Source of the DNA: an uncultured Alphaproteobacteria bacterium
GTDB taxonomy: Bacteria; Pseudomonadota; Alphaproteobacteria; HIMB59; GCA-002718135
Length of the DNA stretch: 64,000 bases
Assembly: GCA_902571865.1 (NCBI GenBank)
Contig: CACGDO010000005.1
Span: forward strand, 1,486 to 65,485
Direction of reading: 5' to 3'
Position numbers and translations under genes: made by a program
In this document: one piece after another, positions 24,087-35,595 of the stretch
How positions within the stretch are numbered: the first letter of the stretch is position 1
How the letters are laid out: every line of letters starts with the position of its first letter
Notes under the pieces: generated by a model
The model's input: only the letters and a program-made list of their open reading frames with translations
The model's database searches: none
What the model was told of the DNA's origin: nothing

Positions 24087-24367
24087 TGACTAGATCTGTA
24101 TGGAAAGGACCGTTTGTTGATATTACGCTTATGAAGAAAGCAGAAAAATCAGCTCAATCTGCTAGAAAAGAAGTTATAAAAACTTGGTCAAGAAGATCTA
24201 CTATACTACCGCAATTTGTTGGTTTAACATTCGGTGTTTATAATGGACAAAAATTTGTACCTGTAACGGTAAACGAACAAATGGTTGGACATAAATTTGG
24301 AGAGTTTTCTCCTACCAGGAATTTTAAAGGTCATACTGCGGCTGATAAGAAAGCGGAACAAAAATGA
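24086..24367 (+). CDS. rpsS: 30S ribosomal protein S19
   Basis: [21 protein letters not shown]. Confidence 0.98.
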   Translation: MTRSVWKGPFVDITLMKKAEKSAQSARKEVIKTWSRRSTILPQFVGLTFGVYNGQKFVPVTVNEQMVGHKFGEFSPTRNFKGHTAADKKAEQK

Positions 24368-24732
24368 GTGATAATCCATTAGCTATAGCAAAAGATAACA
24401 TGGTTAGAATAAGTCCTACCAAGTTATCAATATTAGTAAACAGCATAGTAAATATGAAAGTTAGTATAGCTGTTAATCAATTGCAATTTTCTTCAAAAAG
24501 AATATCTAGAACTATACTTAAGGTTTTGAATGCTGCTATTGCAAATGCAGAAAATAATAATCAAATGGATATAGATAAGCTTTTTATTAAAGAAGCCTTT
24601 GTTGGTAAAAGTTTAAGAATGAAAAGATGGAGGCCCAGAGCTAAAGGTAGAGCATCATCAATAATAAAACCATTTAGTAAAGTAACTATTATTGTTGAAG
24701 AAAGATTAGAAAACAAAAAAGGAAAAGCATAA
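24364..24732 (+). CDS. rplV: 50S ribosomal protein L22
   Basis: SAIANAEN-like [17 protein letters not shown]. Confidence 0.97.
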   Translation: MSDNPLAIAKDNMVRISPTKLSILVNSIVNMKVSIAVNQLQFSSKRISRTILKVLNAAIANAENNNQMDIDKLFIKEAFVGKSLRMKRWRPRAKGRASSIIKPFSKVTIIVEERLENKKGKA

Positions 24733-25409
24733 TGGGACAAAAAGTAAATCCGTACGGTATTAGACTTGGAATAAACAAAACTTGGTCGTCAAGATGGTTT
24801 TCAAAAAACGAATATACCAAATTGCTACATCAGGATTTGAAAATTAAAAGTTATGTTCAAAAAAAATTAAAAAATGCTAGCATATCAAAAATTAATATTG
24901 AAAGAGCTGCAAAGAAATTAAGACTTTCTATTTATAGTTCAAGACCAGGAATCATAATTGGAAAAAAGGGAGCTGATATTGAAACTTTAAAAAATGATCT
25001 TTCAAAAATGTCTAATCTAGAAGTATTTTTAGATATTAAAGAAGTAAGAAAACCTGAAGTTGAGGCAAAATTAGTTGCAGAAAATATTGCTTCGCAACTT
25101 GAAAAGAGAATATCTTTTAGAAGGGCGATGAAAAAGGCAGTGCAGTCAGCAATGAGATTAGGAGCAAAAGGTGTAAAAGTTGTATGCAGTGGAAGATTGG
25201 GTGGTGCAGAAATTGCCAGAACTGAGAAATATCATGAGGGTAGTGTTCCATTACATACTCTTAGAGGTGATATTGATTATTCTACAGCAGAAGCTGAAAC
25301 TACATATGGAATTTGTGGAATTAAAGTTTGGATTAACAAAGGTGAAATATTATTGAAAGACCCATATGCTAGTGAAAAAAAACAATTTGACCAAGGGAGC
25401 GTAAGATAA
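24732..25409 (+). CDS. rpsC: 30S ribosomal protein S3
   Basis: [27 protein letters not shown]. Confidence 0.99.
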   Translation: MGQKVNPYGIRLGINKTWSSRWFSKNEYTKLLHQDLKIKSYVQKKLKNASISKINIERAAKKLRLSIYSSRPGIIIGKKGADIETLKNDLSKMSNLEVFLDIKEVRKPEVEAKLVAENIASQLEKRISFRRAMKKAVQSAMRLGAKGVKVVCSGRLGGAEIARTEKYHEGSVPLHTLRGDIDYSTAEAETTYGICGIKVWINKGEILLKDPYASEKKQFDQGSVR

Positions 25410-25825
25410 TGAATATGCTTTCACCAAAAAAAACTAAATTTAGAAAACAATTCAAAGGAAGAATTCATGGAAATTCAAAAGGCAATTATGCACTAAATTA
25501 CGGAAGTTTTGGACTTAAAGCACTAGAACCAGAGAGAGTTACATCCAGGCAAATAGAAGCTGCAAGAAAAGCAATAACAAGATACTTAAAAAGAGCTGGT
25601 CGTATGTGGATTAGAATATTTCCTGATGTTCCTGTTTCAAAAAAACCTGCTGAAGTTAGAATGGGTAAAGGCAAAGGGTCAATTGAGTACTGGGCTTGCA
25701 GAGTAAAACCAGGAAGAATTATGTTTGAGGTAGATGGAGTAAATATTAATGATGCAAGAAAGGCTATGACATTAGCTGCAGCAAAACTACCTATTAAATG
25801 CAAATTTGTTGAAAGAAATATATAA
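25409..25825 (+). CDS. rplP: 50S ribosomal protein L16 (alternative start 25415)
   Basis: [12 protein letters not shown]. Confidence 0.98.
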   Translation: MNMLSPKKTKFRKQFKGRIHGNSKGNYALNYGSFGLKALEPERVTSRQIEAARKAITRYLKRAGRMWIRIFPDVPVSKKPAEVRMGKGKGSIEYWACRVKPGRIMFEVDGVNINDARKAMTLAAAKLPIKCKFVERNI

Positions 25826-26019
25826 TGAATAAAAAAATTAATTTAGACTATAAAAAATTATCTGAAGAAGTCTTAGATAACAAGAAAATACTGTTAAATT
25901 TAAGATTCCAAAAAAGTTCTGGTCAACTTGAAAAAACTTCGCAAATTAAAAATGCTAGAAAACAAATAGCTAGACTGAAAACTAAATTATCTATGATTAA
26001 AGGTGATGAAAATGCCTAA
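25825..26019 (+). CDS. rpmC: 50S ribosomal protein L29
   Basis: LLNLRFQ..GQL..RKQIAR; synteny. Confidence 0.93.
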   Translation: MNKKINLDYKKLSEEVLDNKKILLNLRFQKSSGQLEKTSQIKNARKQIARLKTKLSMIKGDENA

Positions 26020-26257
26020 AAGAATATTATCTGGGGTTGTTGTTTCTTCAAATTCTAACAAAACTATAACAGTAGATGTTACTAGAAGAATAAAACATAA
26101 ACTTTATAAAAAAATAATTAGACAGACTAAAAAATATCATGTTCATGATGAGAATAATCAATTTAAAGTTGGAGATACAGTTTCCATTATAGAATCAAAG
26201 CCCATTTCCAAACTAAAAAAATGGAAAGTGATTTCTAATTTAGGGGAAAATTCATGA
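26012..26257 (+). CDS. rpsQ: 30S ribosomal protein S17
   Basis: [22 protein letters not shown]; start at ATG 26012 after AAGGTG. Confidence 0.97.
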   Translation: MPKRILSGVVVSSNSNKTITVDVTRRIKHKLYKKIIRQTKKYHVHDENNQFKVGDTVSIIESKPISKLKKWKVISNLGENS

Positions 26258-26622
26258 TACAAATGCAATCTAATCTTTTTGTAGCAGACAACTCTGGAGC
26301 AAGGAAGATACAATGTATCAAGGTTTTAGGTGGTTCAAAAAGAAGATCCGCTTCAATTGGAGACATAATAGTAGTTTCAATAAAAGATGCTTTGCCAAGA
26401 GCTAAAGTAAAAAAAGGTGACGTTTATAAAGCTGTTGTTGTGAGAACTTCCAAAGATTTTAAAAGGCCTGATGGAACCGCAATCAGATTTGATAAAAATG
26501 CTGCAGTTATATTAGATAAGCAAGAAGAACCTATAGCTACTAGGATATTTGGACCGGTGACAAGAGAATTAAGAAGTAAAAAATTTATGAAAATAATTAG
26601 TTTAGCTCCTGAGGTAATTTAA
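26254..26622 (+). CDS. rplN: 50S ribosomal protein L14
   Basis: [22 protein letters not shown]. Confidence 0.99.
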   Translation: MIQMQSNLFVADNSGARKIQCIKVLGGSKRRSASIGDIIVVSIKDALPRAKVKKGDVYKAVVVRTSKDFKRPDGTAIRFDKNAAVILDKQEEPIATRIFGPVTRELRSKKFMKIISLAPEVI

Positions 26623-26936
26623 TGAGTATTAAGTTTAAATTAAAAAAAGGTGATGAAGTAATCGTTCTTACAGGTAAAGATAAAGGTAAAACTGGTAAGA
26701 TAGTTCAAATGTTGCCAAAAAGAATGAAGGCCATAGTTTCAGAAATTAATACAGCTAAAAAAAATCAGAAACCTGACAATAATCAACCAGGTGGAATAGT
26801 TAATAAAGATATGCCAATCGATATTTCTAATCTTTCTTTTTACGATCCAGAATTAAAAAAAGGAGTTAAAATTGGCTATAAATTAAATAATGATAAAAAG
26901 GTTAGAATAAATAAATCTAGCGGTAAGGAAATTTAA
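26622..26936 (+). CDS. rplX: 50S ribosomal protein L24
   Basis: KKGDEVIVLTGKDKGK KOW motif. Confidence 0.97.
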   Translation: MSIKFKLKKGDEVIVLTGKDKGKTGKIVQMLPKRMKAIVSEINTAKKNQKPDNNQPGGIVNKDMPIDISNLSFYDPELKKGVKIGYKLNNDKKVRINKSSGKEI

Positions 26937-27488
26937 ATGAGCAGGCTTTTAGAAGAATATAATAATCAGATTAAAAAAAATTTAAAGTCTAAGCTTGGTT
27001 TAAATAATATTTTTGAAGTTCCAAAATTAAAAAAAATAATTCTAAATATAGGAGTTGGGGAGGCTAAAGAAGATTCAAAGTTAATTGATAAAGCTCTTGA
27101 GGATCTAACTCTAATATCTGGACAAAAGGCTGTAAAAACTAAATCCAAAAAGGCTATTTCAGGATTTAAAATTAGAGCAGGTATGCCTTTAGGAGTAAAA
27201 GTAACTTTAAGAAATAAAATTATGTACGAATTTCTTGATAGATTAGTAAATATTGCAATCCCAAGAATTAGAGATTTTAGAGGATTAAATCTTAAAAGTT
27301 TTGATGGTAATGGAAACTTTTCTATGGGAATAAAAGAACATGTAATTTTTCCAGAAATCAATTTTGATAAAGTAGATAAAATAAGAGGTATGGATATTAC
27401 AATTTGTACCTCAGCAAAAAACAATAATGAGGCTTTAGAATTATTAAAGAGTTTTAATATGCCTTTTAATGACAACAAGGTAAATTAA
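26937..27488 (+). CDS. rplE: 50S ribosomal protein L5
   Basis: [18 protein letters not shown]. Confidence 0.98.
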   Translation: MSRLLEEYNNQIKKNLKSKLGLNNIFEVPKLKKIILNIGVGEAKEDSKLIDKALEDLTLISGQKAVKTKSKKAISGFKIRAGMPLGVKVTLRNKIMYEFLDRLVNIAIPRIRDFRGLNLKSFDGNGNFSMGIKEHVIFPEINFDKVDKIRGMDITICTSAKNNNEALELLKSFNMPFNDNKVN

Positions 27489-27496
27489 GGAGTAAA

Positions 27497-27802
27497 ATGG
27501 CTAAGCTTAGTTCAGTACAAAAAAATTTATTTAGGCAAAAATTAATTAGTAAATTTAAAATTAAGAGAAAGACACTTAAATCTATGATAAAAAATAAAGA
27601 AATTTCTATAGAAGAGAGAATTTCATATCAAAATAAATTAAATGATCTTCCTAGAAATGGTTCAGCAATTAGACATAGAAATAGATGTGAAATTACAGGA
27701 AGGCCAAGAGGCAACTATAGAAAATTTGGTTTATCAAGAATTAAACTTAGGGAACTTTCAATGTCTGGAGATTTGCCAGGTGTTGTAAAATCAAGTTGGT
27801 AG
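27497..27802 (+). CDS. rpsN: 30S ribosomal protein S14 (101-aa, zinc-independent type)
   Basis: [25 protein letters not shown]. Confidence 0.98.
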   Translation: MAKLSSVQKNLFRQKLISKFKIKRKTLKSMIKNKEISIEERISYQNKLNDLPRNGSAIRHRNRCEITGRPRGNYRKFGLSRIKLRELSMSGDLPGVVKSSW

Positions 27803-27811
27803 GAGGATATT

Positions 27812-28210
27812 ATGGCTTTTAATGACTCACTCTCAGACATGCTTGCCAGAATTAAAAATGCACATCAAGCAAATAAAGTATCAACTTTATGTCTAAATTC
27901 CAAACTAAACTTAAATGTTCTTACTGTTCTTAAAGATGAAGGTTATATTAGAGACTTTAAAAATATAGAAGAAAGAAAAGGTGTCAATTCTATTAAAATT
28001 GATTTGAAGTATTTTAATGGTAGTCCTGTAATAAAAAAAATAAAAAGAATATCAAAGCCTGGAATTAGAAAATACTCAAAAATAAGTGAACTTAATAAAC
28101 CATATGGGGGTTTAGGAATTTCAATTTTATCTACTCCTAAAGGAGTTATGTCAGATCATGAAGCAAAGAAGAATAATGTTGGCGGCGAAGTATTGTGCGA
28201 GGTTTTTTAA
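27812..28210 (+). CDS. rpsH: 30S ribosomal protein S8
   Basis: DMLARIKN, SKPG.R, STPKGVM, GGEVLC. Confidence 0.98.
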   Translation: MAFNDSLSDMLARIKNAHQANKVSTLCLNSKLNLNVLTVLKDEGYIRDFKNIEERKGVNSIKIDLKYFNGSPVIKKIKRISKPGIRKYSKISELNKPYGGLGISILSTPKGVMSDHEAKKNNVGGEVLCEVF

Positions 28211-28740
28211 TGTCCAGAATAGCTAAGAATCCAATTAAAATTTCAAAAGAAATTCAATGTACTTTTATTGATGGTGTTTTTTCAGCTAAAGGAAAATTGG
28301 GAGAAATGCAAACAAATGTTAATGCAAATTTTAAAATCGATATAAATGATGATGAGATTAAGGTGATTCCAAAAGGTGAATTTGATAAAGATCCTAACTG
28401 GGGAACTACCAGAGCGATAATATCAAATATTATTAATGGTGTTACAAGTGGCTTTTCTAAAACATTAGAATTAAATGGTACTGGATACAGAGCTAGCGTT
28501 ACGGGTTCAAAGCTAAAATTAGAACTTGGTTACAGTCATGATATTAACTTTGATATACCTAGTGATGTTAAGATTGAATGCTCAAAACAAAACATAATAA
28601 AGTTGACAAGTATTGATAAAGAAAAACTTGGTGCTACTGCTGCCAAGATTAGATCATATAGAAAACCAGAACCCTTCAAAGGTAAAGGAATTAAATACTC
28701 AGATGAATATATTTTTAGAAAAGAAGGAAAAAAGAAATAA
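28210..28740 (+). CDS. rplF: 50S ribosomal protein L6
   Basis: MSRIAK, GTGYRA, PEPFKGKGI; ATG at 28210. Confidence 0.98.
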   Translation: MSRIAKNPIKISKEIQCTFIDGVFSAKGKLGEMQTNVNANFKIDINDDEIKVIPKGEFDKDPNWGTTRAIISNIINGVTSGFSKTLELNGTGYRASVTGSKLKLELGYSHDINFDIPSDVKIECSKQNIIKLTSIDKEKLGATAAKIRSYRKPEPFKGKGIKYSDEYIFRKEGKKK

Positions 28741-28742
28741 CC

Positions 28743-29075
28743 ATGAAAACTAGACAAGAAAGAATTAGGTATAAAACAAAAAAAGTATCTGATAGAAAAA
28801 GATTATCAGTATATAGATCTAATAACCATATCTATGCTCAATTAATAGACGATGCCAAAGGAGTGACACTAGCTAGTTCATCTTCAATGGAAAAATCAAT
28901 AAAAGATATGAAACTTTCTCGAAAAGAATTGGCTGAACTAATTGGTAAAAATATAGCTAAAAAAATAATATCGAAAGGTATTGATAAGGTAGCTTTTGAT
29001 AGAGGAAAATACAAATATCATGGTTTAATAAAGATACTAGCTGAAGCTGCAAGAGTGGAAGGACTTAATTTTTAG
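28743..29075 (+). CDS. rplR: 50S ribosomal protein L18
   Basis: [23 protein letters not shown]. Confidence 0.98.
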   Translation: MKTRQERIRYKTKKVSDRKRLSVYRSNNHIYAQLIDDAKGVTLASSSSMEKSIKDMKLSRKELAELIGKNIAKKIISKGIDKVAFDRGKYKYHGLIKILAEAARVEGLNF

Positions 29076-29083
29076 AGGTATTT

Positions 29084-29593
29084 ATGTTTGATAATGAAAA
29101 AAATGAATTTAGTGAACATCTAGTAACAATAAATAGAGTTGCAAAAGTTGTTAAAGGTGGAAGAAGATTTGGTTTTGCTGCAATCATGATAGTTGGTGAT
29201 AATAAAGGTAGGGTTGGTATAGGAACAGGCAAAGCAAAAGAAGTCCCAGAAGCTGTTAGAAAAGCAACTGAAAATGCAAAAAATAAAATGATCAGAGTTC
29301 ATTTAAAAGAAAATAGAACTATTCATCATGATACTATTGGGCGTTTTGGGGCTGGAAAAGTTATACTTCGTGCTGCTTCTCCAGGAACAGGTATTATAGC
29401 AGGGGGTCCAATGAGAGCACTATTTGAATCTCTTGGAATTAAAGACGTTGTAGCAAAATCTACTGGAACTTCAAATCCACATAATATGCTAAAAGCAACT
29501 ATGAATGCTTTTAAAGTTTCTGAATCTCCTAAATCTGTTGCTGCAAAAAGATCAAAAAAAATTAATGAAATAAATAACAATAAAAATAGTTAG
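29084..29593 (+). CDS. rpsE: 30S ribosomal protein S5
   Basis: [22 protein letters not shown]. Confidence 0.99.
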   Translation: MFDNEKNEFSEHLVTINRVAKVVKGGRRFGFAAIMIVGDNKGRVGIGTGKAKEVPEAVRKATENAKNKMIRVHLKENRTIHHDTIGRFGAGKVILRAASPGTGIIAGGPMRALFESLGIKDVVAKSTGTSNPHNMLKATMNAFKVSESPKSVAAKRSKKINEINNNKNS

Positions 29594-29595
29594 AT

Positions 29596-30054
29596 ATGAA
29601 AATTAACGAACTTAAATCTACATTAACATCCAGTAAAAAACCTAAAAGAAGAGGTAGAGGTTCGGGCTCTGGTCTTGGAAAGACAGCTGGTAGAGGTGTT
29701 AAAGGTCAAAAATCAAGATCTGGAGTATCAATAAACGGTTTTGAGGGCGGTCAAATGCCACTTTATCGACGTTTACCTAAAAGAGGATTTAAAAATTATT
29801 TTAAAACAAAAATTCAAAGAATTAATTTTAATATTATTAATAATTTAATAAAAAAATACAAACTAAATCCTGAGGATATTAAAGAGGAAGATCTTTTTAA
29901 TAAAAATATCTTTAAAAAATCAAATGGAAGTTTAAAATTACTCAATGTAGGTAAACCAGAAAATAACACTAATTTAGAGATTTCTTATGCTTCAAAAAAA
30001 GCAATTGAAGTATTAGAAAAAAACGGTGGCAAAATCAAATTAACTAAGAAATAA
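29596..30054 (+). CDS. rplO: 50S ribosomal protein L15
   Basis: [23 protein letters not shown]. Confidence 0.98.
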   Translation: MKINELKSTLTSSKKPKRRGRGSGSGLGKTAGRGVKGQKSRSGVSINGFEGGQMPLYRRLPKRGFKNYFKTKIQRINFNIINNLIKKYKLNPEDIKEEDLFNKNIFKKSNGSLKLLNVGKPENNTNLEISYASKKAIEVLEKNGGKIKLTKK

Positions 30055-31395
30055 ATGGCAACAGCTGCAGATAGATTGGCAAATAATTTAAATTTTGGAG
30101 CTCTTGGCAAAGCAACTGAATTAAGACAAAGACTTCTTTTTACTTTAGGTGCTCTCATTGTTTTTAGATTAGGAACTTTTTTACCAATTCCTGGAATTAA
30201 TCCTCTTGCACTTCAGCAATTTTTTGAGCAACAATCTTCTGGTATATTGGGTATTTTTGATACTTTTTCTGGCGGAGCGTTAGGAAGAATGGGTATATTT
30301 GCATTAGGAGTAATGCCTTATATTTCCTCATCAATTATTATGACCTTAATGCAGTCTGCGATACCCTTTCTAAAATCTTTAAAAGAACAGGGCTCTAAGG
30401 GAAGGAGGCAGCTACTTCAATATACAAGATATGTAACAGTTTTGATTGCTGCTATTCAAGGTTACGGTGTTTCAATTGGTTTAGAATCAATGCAAACTAC
30501 TTACGGAAATATTGTTTTTGATCCAGGGTTATTTTTTCGACTTACTACTGTTATTACTCTTGTGGGAGGAACTATATTTTTGATGTGGTTAGGAGAACAA
30601 ATTTCATCAAGAGGTGTAGGCAATGGAATTTCATTAATTATTACAGCAGGTATTATTGCAAATTTACCAGGTGCATTTGTAAGTACACTTCAATTAGGTA
30701 GAACTGGTGAATTAAGTATAGGTTTCATTTTAAGTATATTAATCTTAATATTATTTTTAATAATTTTTATAGTGTTTGTTGAAAAAGCACAGAGACGTCT
30801 TCCAGTTCAATATCCAAAAAGACAAGTCGGTAATAAAATATATGGAGGTCAGAGTTCACATTTACCTCTTAAAATCAATACAGCAGGTGTTATACCTGTT
30901 ATATTTGCTTCATCAATTCTGTTACTTCCAAATACTATGTCTGGTTTTGGAGCAGGATCCTCAAGTGATATATTTATACTAATCTCCAGCTATTTAGGTA
31001 GAGGTCAACCACTATATTTAGCATTGTATGCAGCAATGATAATCTTTTTTGGATTTTTCTATACATCTATTGTTTTTAATCCAGATGAGCAGGCTGAAAA
31101 CTTACGTAAATATGGAGGGTTTATTCCTGGAATAAGGCCAGGAGAAAATACAGCTAAATATATTGAGTTTGTATTAATAAGATTAACAACAATAGGAACT
31201 ATATATTTAACCTTTGTTGCTCTGTTACCAGAATTTCTACTTTCAAGAACTTCCATTCCATTCTATTTAGGCGGAACTGCTTTATTAATCGTTGTAGTCG
31301 TTATGATAGATTTTATTACACAGGTTCAATCCTACCTGTTTCAACATCAATATGAAGGTTTGCTCAAAAAAACTAAGTTAAAAGGTAGAAGATAA
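30055..31395 (+). CDS. secY: Preprotein translocase subunit SecY
   Basis: LGVMPYISSSII, GNGISLII, NTAGVIP, FIPGIRPG. Confidence 0.99.
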   Translation: MATAADRLANNLNFGALGKATELRQRLLFTLGALIVFRLGTFLPIPGINPLALQQFFEQQSSGILGIFDTFSGGALGRMGIFALGVMPYISSSIIMTLMQSAIPFLKSLKEQGSKGRRQLLQYTRYVTVLIAAIQGYGVSIGLESMQTTYGNIVFDPGLFFRLTTVITLVGGTIFLMWLGEQISSRGVGNGISLIITAGIIANLPGAFVSTLQLGRTGELSIGFILSILILILFLIIFIVFVEKAQRRLPVQYPKRQVGNKIYGGQSSHLPLKINTAGVIPVIFASSILLLPNTMSGFGAGSSSDIFILISSYLGRGQPLYLALYAAMIIFFGFFYTSIVFNPDEQAENLRKYGGFIPGIRPGENTAKYIEFVLIRLTTIGTIYLTFVALLPEFLLSRTSIPFYLGGTALLIVVVVMIDFITQVQSYLFQHQYEGLLKKTKLKGRR

Positions 31396-31396
31396 A

Positions 31397-31966
31397 TTGA
31401 ATAACATAATCTTTTTTGGACCACCTGGGGCCGGTAAAGGAACACAAGCAAAAATTATTTCAAATCATTTAAATTTACCGCACCTTTCGACAGGTGACAT
31501 ACTAAGGAAAAAAATTAATGAAAAAGACGACCTAGCAAAAAAATTGAATGAAATAATGTCATCTGGAAAACTAGTATCAGACGATATATTAAATTCCATA
31601 GTTGCATCACGATTAGAAAGTAATCAAGAGAATGGGTTTATTTTGGATGGGTATCCAAGATCATTACCGCAATCAGAATTTTTAAACAATTATTTAAAAA
31701 GAATATCTGAAAAAATTAATTATATATTTGATATTCAAATTAATTTTTCTATTTTAAAAGATAGAATTTTAAAACGTTCTACAGAAGAAAGTAGAGAAGA
31801 TGATAAATTCGAAGTTTTAGAGACTAGATATAAAGAATATTTAAATACTACTGAAAATGTATCTAAATTTTATAGAGAGTCACAACCAGATATTTATTTT
31901 GAAATTGATGGATCTTTGCAAATTGAAGAAATAACTATGAAAATAACTCAAATATTAAAAAAATGA
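31397..31966 (+). CDS. adk: Adenylate kinase (short-LID type)
   Basis: TTG start; GPPGAGKGTQ, STGDILR, LDGYPR, R..REDD. Confidence 0.96.
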   Translation: MNNIIFFGPPGAGKGTQAKIISNHLNLPHLSTGDILRKKINEKDDLAKKLNEIMSSGKLVSDDILNSIVASRLESNQENGFILDGYPRSLPQSEFLNNYLKRISEKINYIFDIQINFSILKDRILKRSTEESREDDKFEVLETRYKEYLNTTENVSKFYRESQPDIYFEIDGSLQIEEITMKITQILKK

Positions 31967-31998
31967 TGAAAATCAGCCAAATTTTAAGATATCTCTTC

Positions 31999-32028
31999 TT
32001 GACTAAACACATAATTATCATGTATTCA
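31999..32028 (+). promoter_or_regulatory. Probable alpha-operon promoter
   Basis: TCTTC-TTGACT-N18-TATTCA; same TCTTCTTGACT 5' context as the rpsL promoter. Confidence 0.4.
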
Positions 32029-32056
32029 CCCTCATTCATTTTTTTTGGAAATCTTT

Positions 32057-32437
32057 ATGGCTAGAATATCAGGTGTCAACATCCCTACTAACAAAAAAGT
32101 AAATATAGCTCTTACCTACATTTTTGGTATTGGAAATAAAATAGCCTTAGATATTTGCAAAGAAGCTTCTATAGATCTTACTAAAAGAGTTAGTGAACTA
32201 AATGAAGAGGAAGTTAATAAAATAAGGGATTTAATAGATAAGGATTATTCCGTTGAAGGTGATTTAAGAAGAAAAATATCTTTAGATATTAAAAGACTAA
32301 ATGACCTTGGTTGCTATAGAGGTCTAAGACATAGAAAAAAACTTCCAGTAAGAGGACAGAGAACCCATACCAATGCAAGAACAAGAAAAGGCAAGGCTGT
32401 TGCAATCGCTGGTAAGAAAAAAGTTACAAAAGGCTAG
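32057..32437 (+). CDS. rpsM: 30S ribosomal protein S13
   Basis: MARISGV, YRGLRH, PVRGQRT. Confidence 0.99.
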   Translation: MARISGVNIPTNKKVNIALTYIFGIGNKIALDICKEASIDLTKRVSELNEEEVNKIRDLIDKDYSVEGDLRRKISLDIKRLNDLGCYRGLRHRKKLPVRGQRTHTNARTRKGKAVAIAGKKKVTKG

Positions 32438-32438
32438 T

Positions 32439-32819
32439 ATGGTTGATAAAAAAAAATCAAAGTTTAAAAAAAAATTTTCTTCCGGTATAGCACATATCGT
32501 TTCTTCTTTTAATAATACAATAATAACCATAACAGATGAAAAAGGTAATGCAGTTGCTTGGTCTTCTTCGGGTCATAAAGGTTTTAAAGGTTCTAGAAAA
32601 TCTACACCATATGCTGCTCAAATAGCTGCTGAGGATGTAGGAAATAAAGCTAAAGAGTTTGGTTTAAAAAACCTTAAAGTAGAAGTTTCTGGCCCTGGTT
32701 CTGGAAGAGAGTCTGCCTTAAGATCTTTACAATCTATTGGTTATGTAATTACATCTATTAAAGACGTTACGCCTATACCTCACAATGGCTGCAGACCAAG
32801 AAAAAGAAGAAGAGTTTAA
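32439..32819 (+). CDS. rpsK: 30S ribosomal protein S11
   Basis: [26 protein letters not shown]; ATG at 32439. Confidence 0.98.
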   Translation: MVDKKKSKFKKKFSSGIAHIVSSFNNTIITITDEKGNAVAWSSSGHKGFKGSRKSTPYAAQIAAEDVGNKAKEFGLKNLKVEVSGPGSGRESALRSLQSIGYVITSIKDVTPIPHNGCRPRKRRRV

Positions 32820-32834
32820 ATAAAGGAGCAATAA

Positions 32835-33857
32835 GTGTTACAAAAAAACTGGAGTGAATTAATTAAACCAACAAAAATGGAAGTTAATGTTAATGAAAAT
32901 AATGGAAGAATTGGTAAACTTACTGCTGAACCTTTAGAGAGAGGTTTCGGTTTAACATTAGGAAATTCAATAAGAAGAATACTTCTTTCATCTTTACAAG
33001 GTGCTGCAATTACATCAGTAAAAATTAAAGGTGTTGTTCATGAATTTTCTACTATTTCTGGAGTTAAAGAAGATTTGACTGACATTCTTCTTAACTTAAA
33101 ATCAGTAGGAGTAAAGGTCCATTCGCCTGGTTTAAAGAAAATGTATCTTAAGTCAAGTGGATCTGGAGAATTACGCGCTGGGAATTTTGAAACTGATTCT
33201 GAAACTGAAATAATGAATCCAGACCAGCTAATTATGACGTTAGACTCCAATGCAGATATTGAAATTGAAGCAAACGTTGAAACGGGTAAAGGTTATGTTT
33301 CAGCTGAAGTAGCTGAAGATGAAAATAAATTAATTGGAGAGATTAAGCTTGATGCTATGTTCAGTCCAGTTATAAAAGCTACATACAAAGTTGAAAATAG
33401 TAGAGTAGGTCAAGTTACAGATTTTGATAAACTAATTTTTGAAGTTGAAACTAACGGTGCAATAAGTCCTGATGATGCGATTGCTCTTGCTGCTCGAATA
33501 TTACAGGATCAATTACAACCCTTCATTAATTTTGATGAACCCGAAGTTTTACCTGATCAATCACAAGCAGAGGCTTTATCTTTTAACTCTAATTTACTTA
33601 AAAAAGTTGAGGAGTTGGAACTGTCAGTAAGATCAGCAAACTGCCTTAAAAATGATAATATCATCTATATTGGTGATTTAGTTCAAAAATCCGAATCTGA
33701 AATGCTAAGAACACCAAATTTTGGAAGAAAATCTCTTAATGAAATTAAAGAAGTGCTACAACAAATGGAGTTAAACTTAGGAATGTCTGTCCCAGATTGG
33801 CCACCTGAAAATATCGACGATCTTGCAAAGAAATATGAAGATCCTTTCAATAAATAA
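32835..33857 (+). CDS. rpoA: RNA polymerase alpha subunit
   Basis: GTG start after AAGGAG; PLERGFG.TLGN, LELSVRS.NCL, NFGRKSL. Confidence 0.99.
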   Translation: MLQKNWSELIKPTKMEVNVNENNGRIGKLTAEPLERGFGLTLGNSIRRILLSSLQGAAITSVKIKGVVHEFSTISGVKEDLTDILLNLKSVGVKVHSPGLKKMYLKSSGSGELRAGNFETDSETEIMNPDQLIMTLDSNADIEIEANVETGKGYVSAEVAEDENKLIGEIKLDAMFSPVIKATYKVENSRVGQVTDFDKLIFEVETNGAISPDDAIALAARILQDQLQPFINFDEPEVLPDQSQAEALSFNSNLLKKVEELELSVRSANCLKNDNIIYIGDLVQKSESEMLRTPNFGRKSLNEIKEVLQQMELNLGMSVPDWPPENIDDLAKKYEDPFNK

Positions 33858-33863
33858 ACATAT

Positions 33864-34304
33864 ATGAAGCATAATATTAAAAACAAAAAACTTAATAAAA
33901 CATCATCTCATAGGAAAGCAATGTTCATGAATATGTCAAACGCACTTATAAAACATGAACAAATTTCCACAACCCTAGCTAAAGCTAAAGAGCTCAGAAG
34001 ATTTGTAGAAAAAATAGTAACTTTGGGTAAAAAAGGTGATCTGTTATCAAAAAGAAAAACTATTTCCATTTTACAAGATCAAAAAATGTCAAAGAAAGTC
34101 TTTGATGTGCTGGCTGATCGATATAAAAATAGAAGTGGTGGATATACAAGAATAATCAAACTTGGTAACAGGTTTGGTGACAACGCTCCTACAGCAGTAA
34201 TAGAATTTGTTGACAGAGATGAAAATGCAAAAGGGCAAGATAGTGGTCCTGTTATTGAAAAAAAATCTACGGAAGAAGAAGTAGAGCAACAACCTCAAAT
34301 TTAG
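33864..34304 (+). CDS. rplQ: 50S ribosomal protein L17
   Basis: [20 protein letters not shown]. Confidence 0.98.
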   Translation: MKHNIKNKKLNKTSSHRKAMFMNMSNALIKHEQISTTLAKAKELRRFVEKIVTLGKKGDLLSKRKTISILQDQKMSKKVFDVLADRYKNRSGGYTRIIKLGNRFGDNAPTAVIEFVDRDENAKGQDSGPVIEKKSTEEEVEQQPQI

Positions 34305-34310
34305 AAACTA

Positions 34311-34679
34311 TTGTTTAATATAATCCTTGTAGCCACAGGCGGAGCAACTGGAGCAATACTAAGATATATTCTAACAAACTTAAGCAAAACTATATTTACC
34401 TCAAGTATTTATGGAACTCTTTCAGTAAATATTATAGGCTGTTTTTTGATTGGATATCTTGTAACTTCAGATTTCTCAAAAAACATAAATGAAAATTTTG
34501 TTAAATTTTTTTTAATTATAGGTTTACTTGGATCATTTACTACTTTTTCAGCATTTTCCTATGAAGTTGTTAATTTAATTATTTCTAAAAAAATCCTTAT
34601 AGCATTTATATATATTTCTATTTCAATATTCGTCTGCATTTTATTTGCATACTTTGGAATGTTAATTAATAAGTTTTAA
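34311..34679 (+). CDS. crcB: Fluoride channel FluC/CrcB
   Basis: GGATGAILRY, GTLSVN, GLLGSFTTFSAF. Confidence 0.92.
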   Translation: MFNIILVATGGATGAILRYILTNLSKTIFTSSIYGTLSVNIIGCFLIGYLVTSDFSKNINENFVKFFLIIGLLGSFTTFSAFSYEVVNLIISKKILIAFIYISISIFVCILFAYFGMLINKF

Positions 34680-34680
34680 T

Positions 34681-35595
34681 TTGATAAAAAAAATACAAAT
34701 TAAGAAAGATTACGAAGTTAGGCTTGATAAGTATTTAAAGAACTTATTTACCTCTCTTACGCAAAGTTTTATTGAAAAAAATATAAGAAAGAAAAATATT
34801 TTAATTAATAACTCTCGCACAAAAGCAAATTATGTTGTCAAATTAAATGATAATTTAATTATATTAAATTTCCATGAAGAACTTTACAAAAATAAAATAA
34901 TTTATAAGAAAAATATTAATATATCAGATAATGATTTAAAAAAGTTTAATAAATCAATTATTTTTCAAAATAACAATTTTTTAGTTATCAATAAGTGGTC
35001 AGATATTGCAACACAAGGAGGCAGTAAAGTAAATGTTTCGATTGACCATATAATAAAAAATATTAACCCCAATTATAGACTCGTGCACAGACTTGATAAA
35101 GAGACATCAGGTTTGCTTTTGATTTCGAAAAATTTAAAATATGCAAGATCTTTTTCAACACTTTTTAAACAACATTTAATTACAAAGTTTTACATTGCTT
35201 TATGTGAGGGAAGTCCAAAAAACAAAAATTCTAAAGTTCTTTTAAATATAAAAAACAAAAATCAGGAAATTGAAAAAACTATAACTAATTACAGTGTTAT
35301 TAGTAATAAAAATAATATAACACAAATTCTATATAACCCTGAAACTGGCAAAACTCATCAATTAAGAAAAGTTTCTAAAAATCTTGGTTGCTCAATAATA
35401 GGTGATCAAAAATATAATATTAATTCTAAGTACAATAATGAAAAACTAATGTTACATGCCTTTGCTTTGAAATTTACAATTTATGAAGAAAAATTTAGTT
35501 TTATTTCAGAATTACCCGAATATTTTCTTACTTTTATTAAAAAAAATAAATTAAAATTTAAAGAAAATTTAGAAAAAGAATTAAATAGTTTTTAA
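34681..35595 (+). CDS. RluA-family 23S rRNA pseudouridine synthase with S4 domain (RluC-like)
   Basis: RLDKYL S4-like N-terminus, HRLDKETSG catalytic motif, TGKTHQLR, LHA. Confidence 0.88.
   Translation: MIKKIQIKKDYEVRLDKYLKNLFTSLTQSFIEKNIRKKNILINNSRTKANYVVKLNDNLIILNFHEELYKNKIIYKKNINISDNDLKKFNKSIIFQNNNFLVINKWSDIATQGGSKVNVSIDHIIKNINPNYRLVHRLDKETSGLLLISKNLKYARSFSTLFKQHLITKFYIALCEGSPKNKNSKVLLNIKNKNQEIEKTITNYSVISNKNNITQILYNPETGKTHQLRKVSKNLGCSIIGDQKYNINSKYNNEKLMLHAFALKFTIYEEKFSFISELPEYFLTFIKKNKLKFKENLEKELNSF

Noticed and set aside
6906-33886. Many 60-170 aa antisense or alternate-frame ORFs in the ORF track over tuf, rpo and ribosomal genes
   Set aside because: They are shadows of conserved genes with no motifs, RBS or independent signals.
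34290-34311. Fluoride riboswitch before crcB
   Set aside because: Only 6 nt separate rplQ and crcB, and there is no GGCGATGG-type motif.
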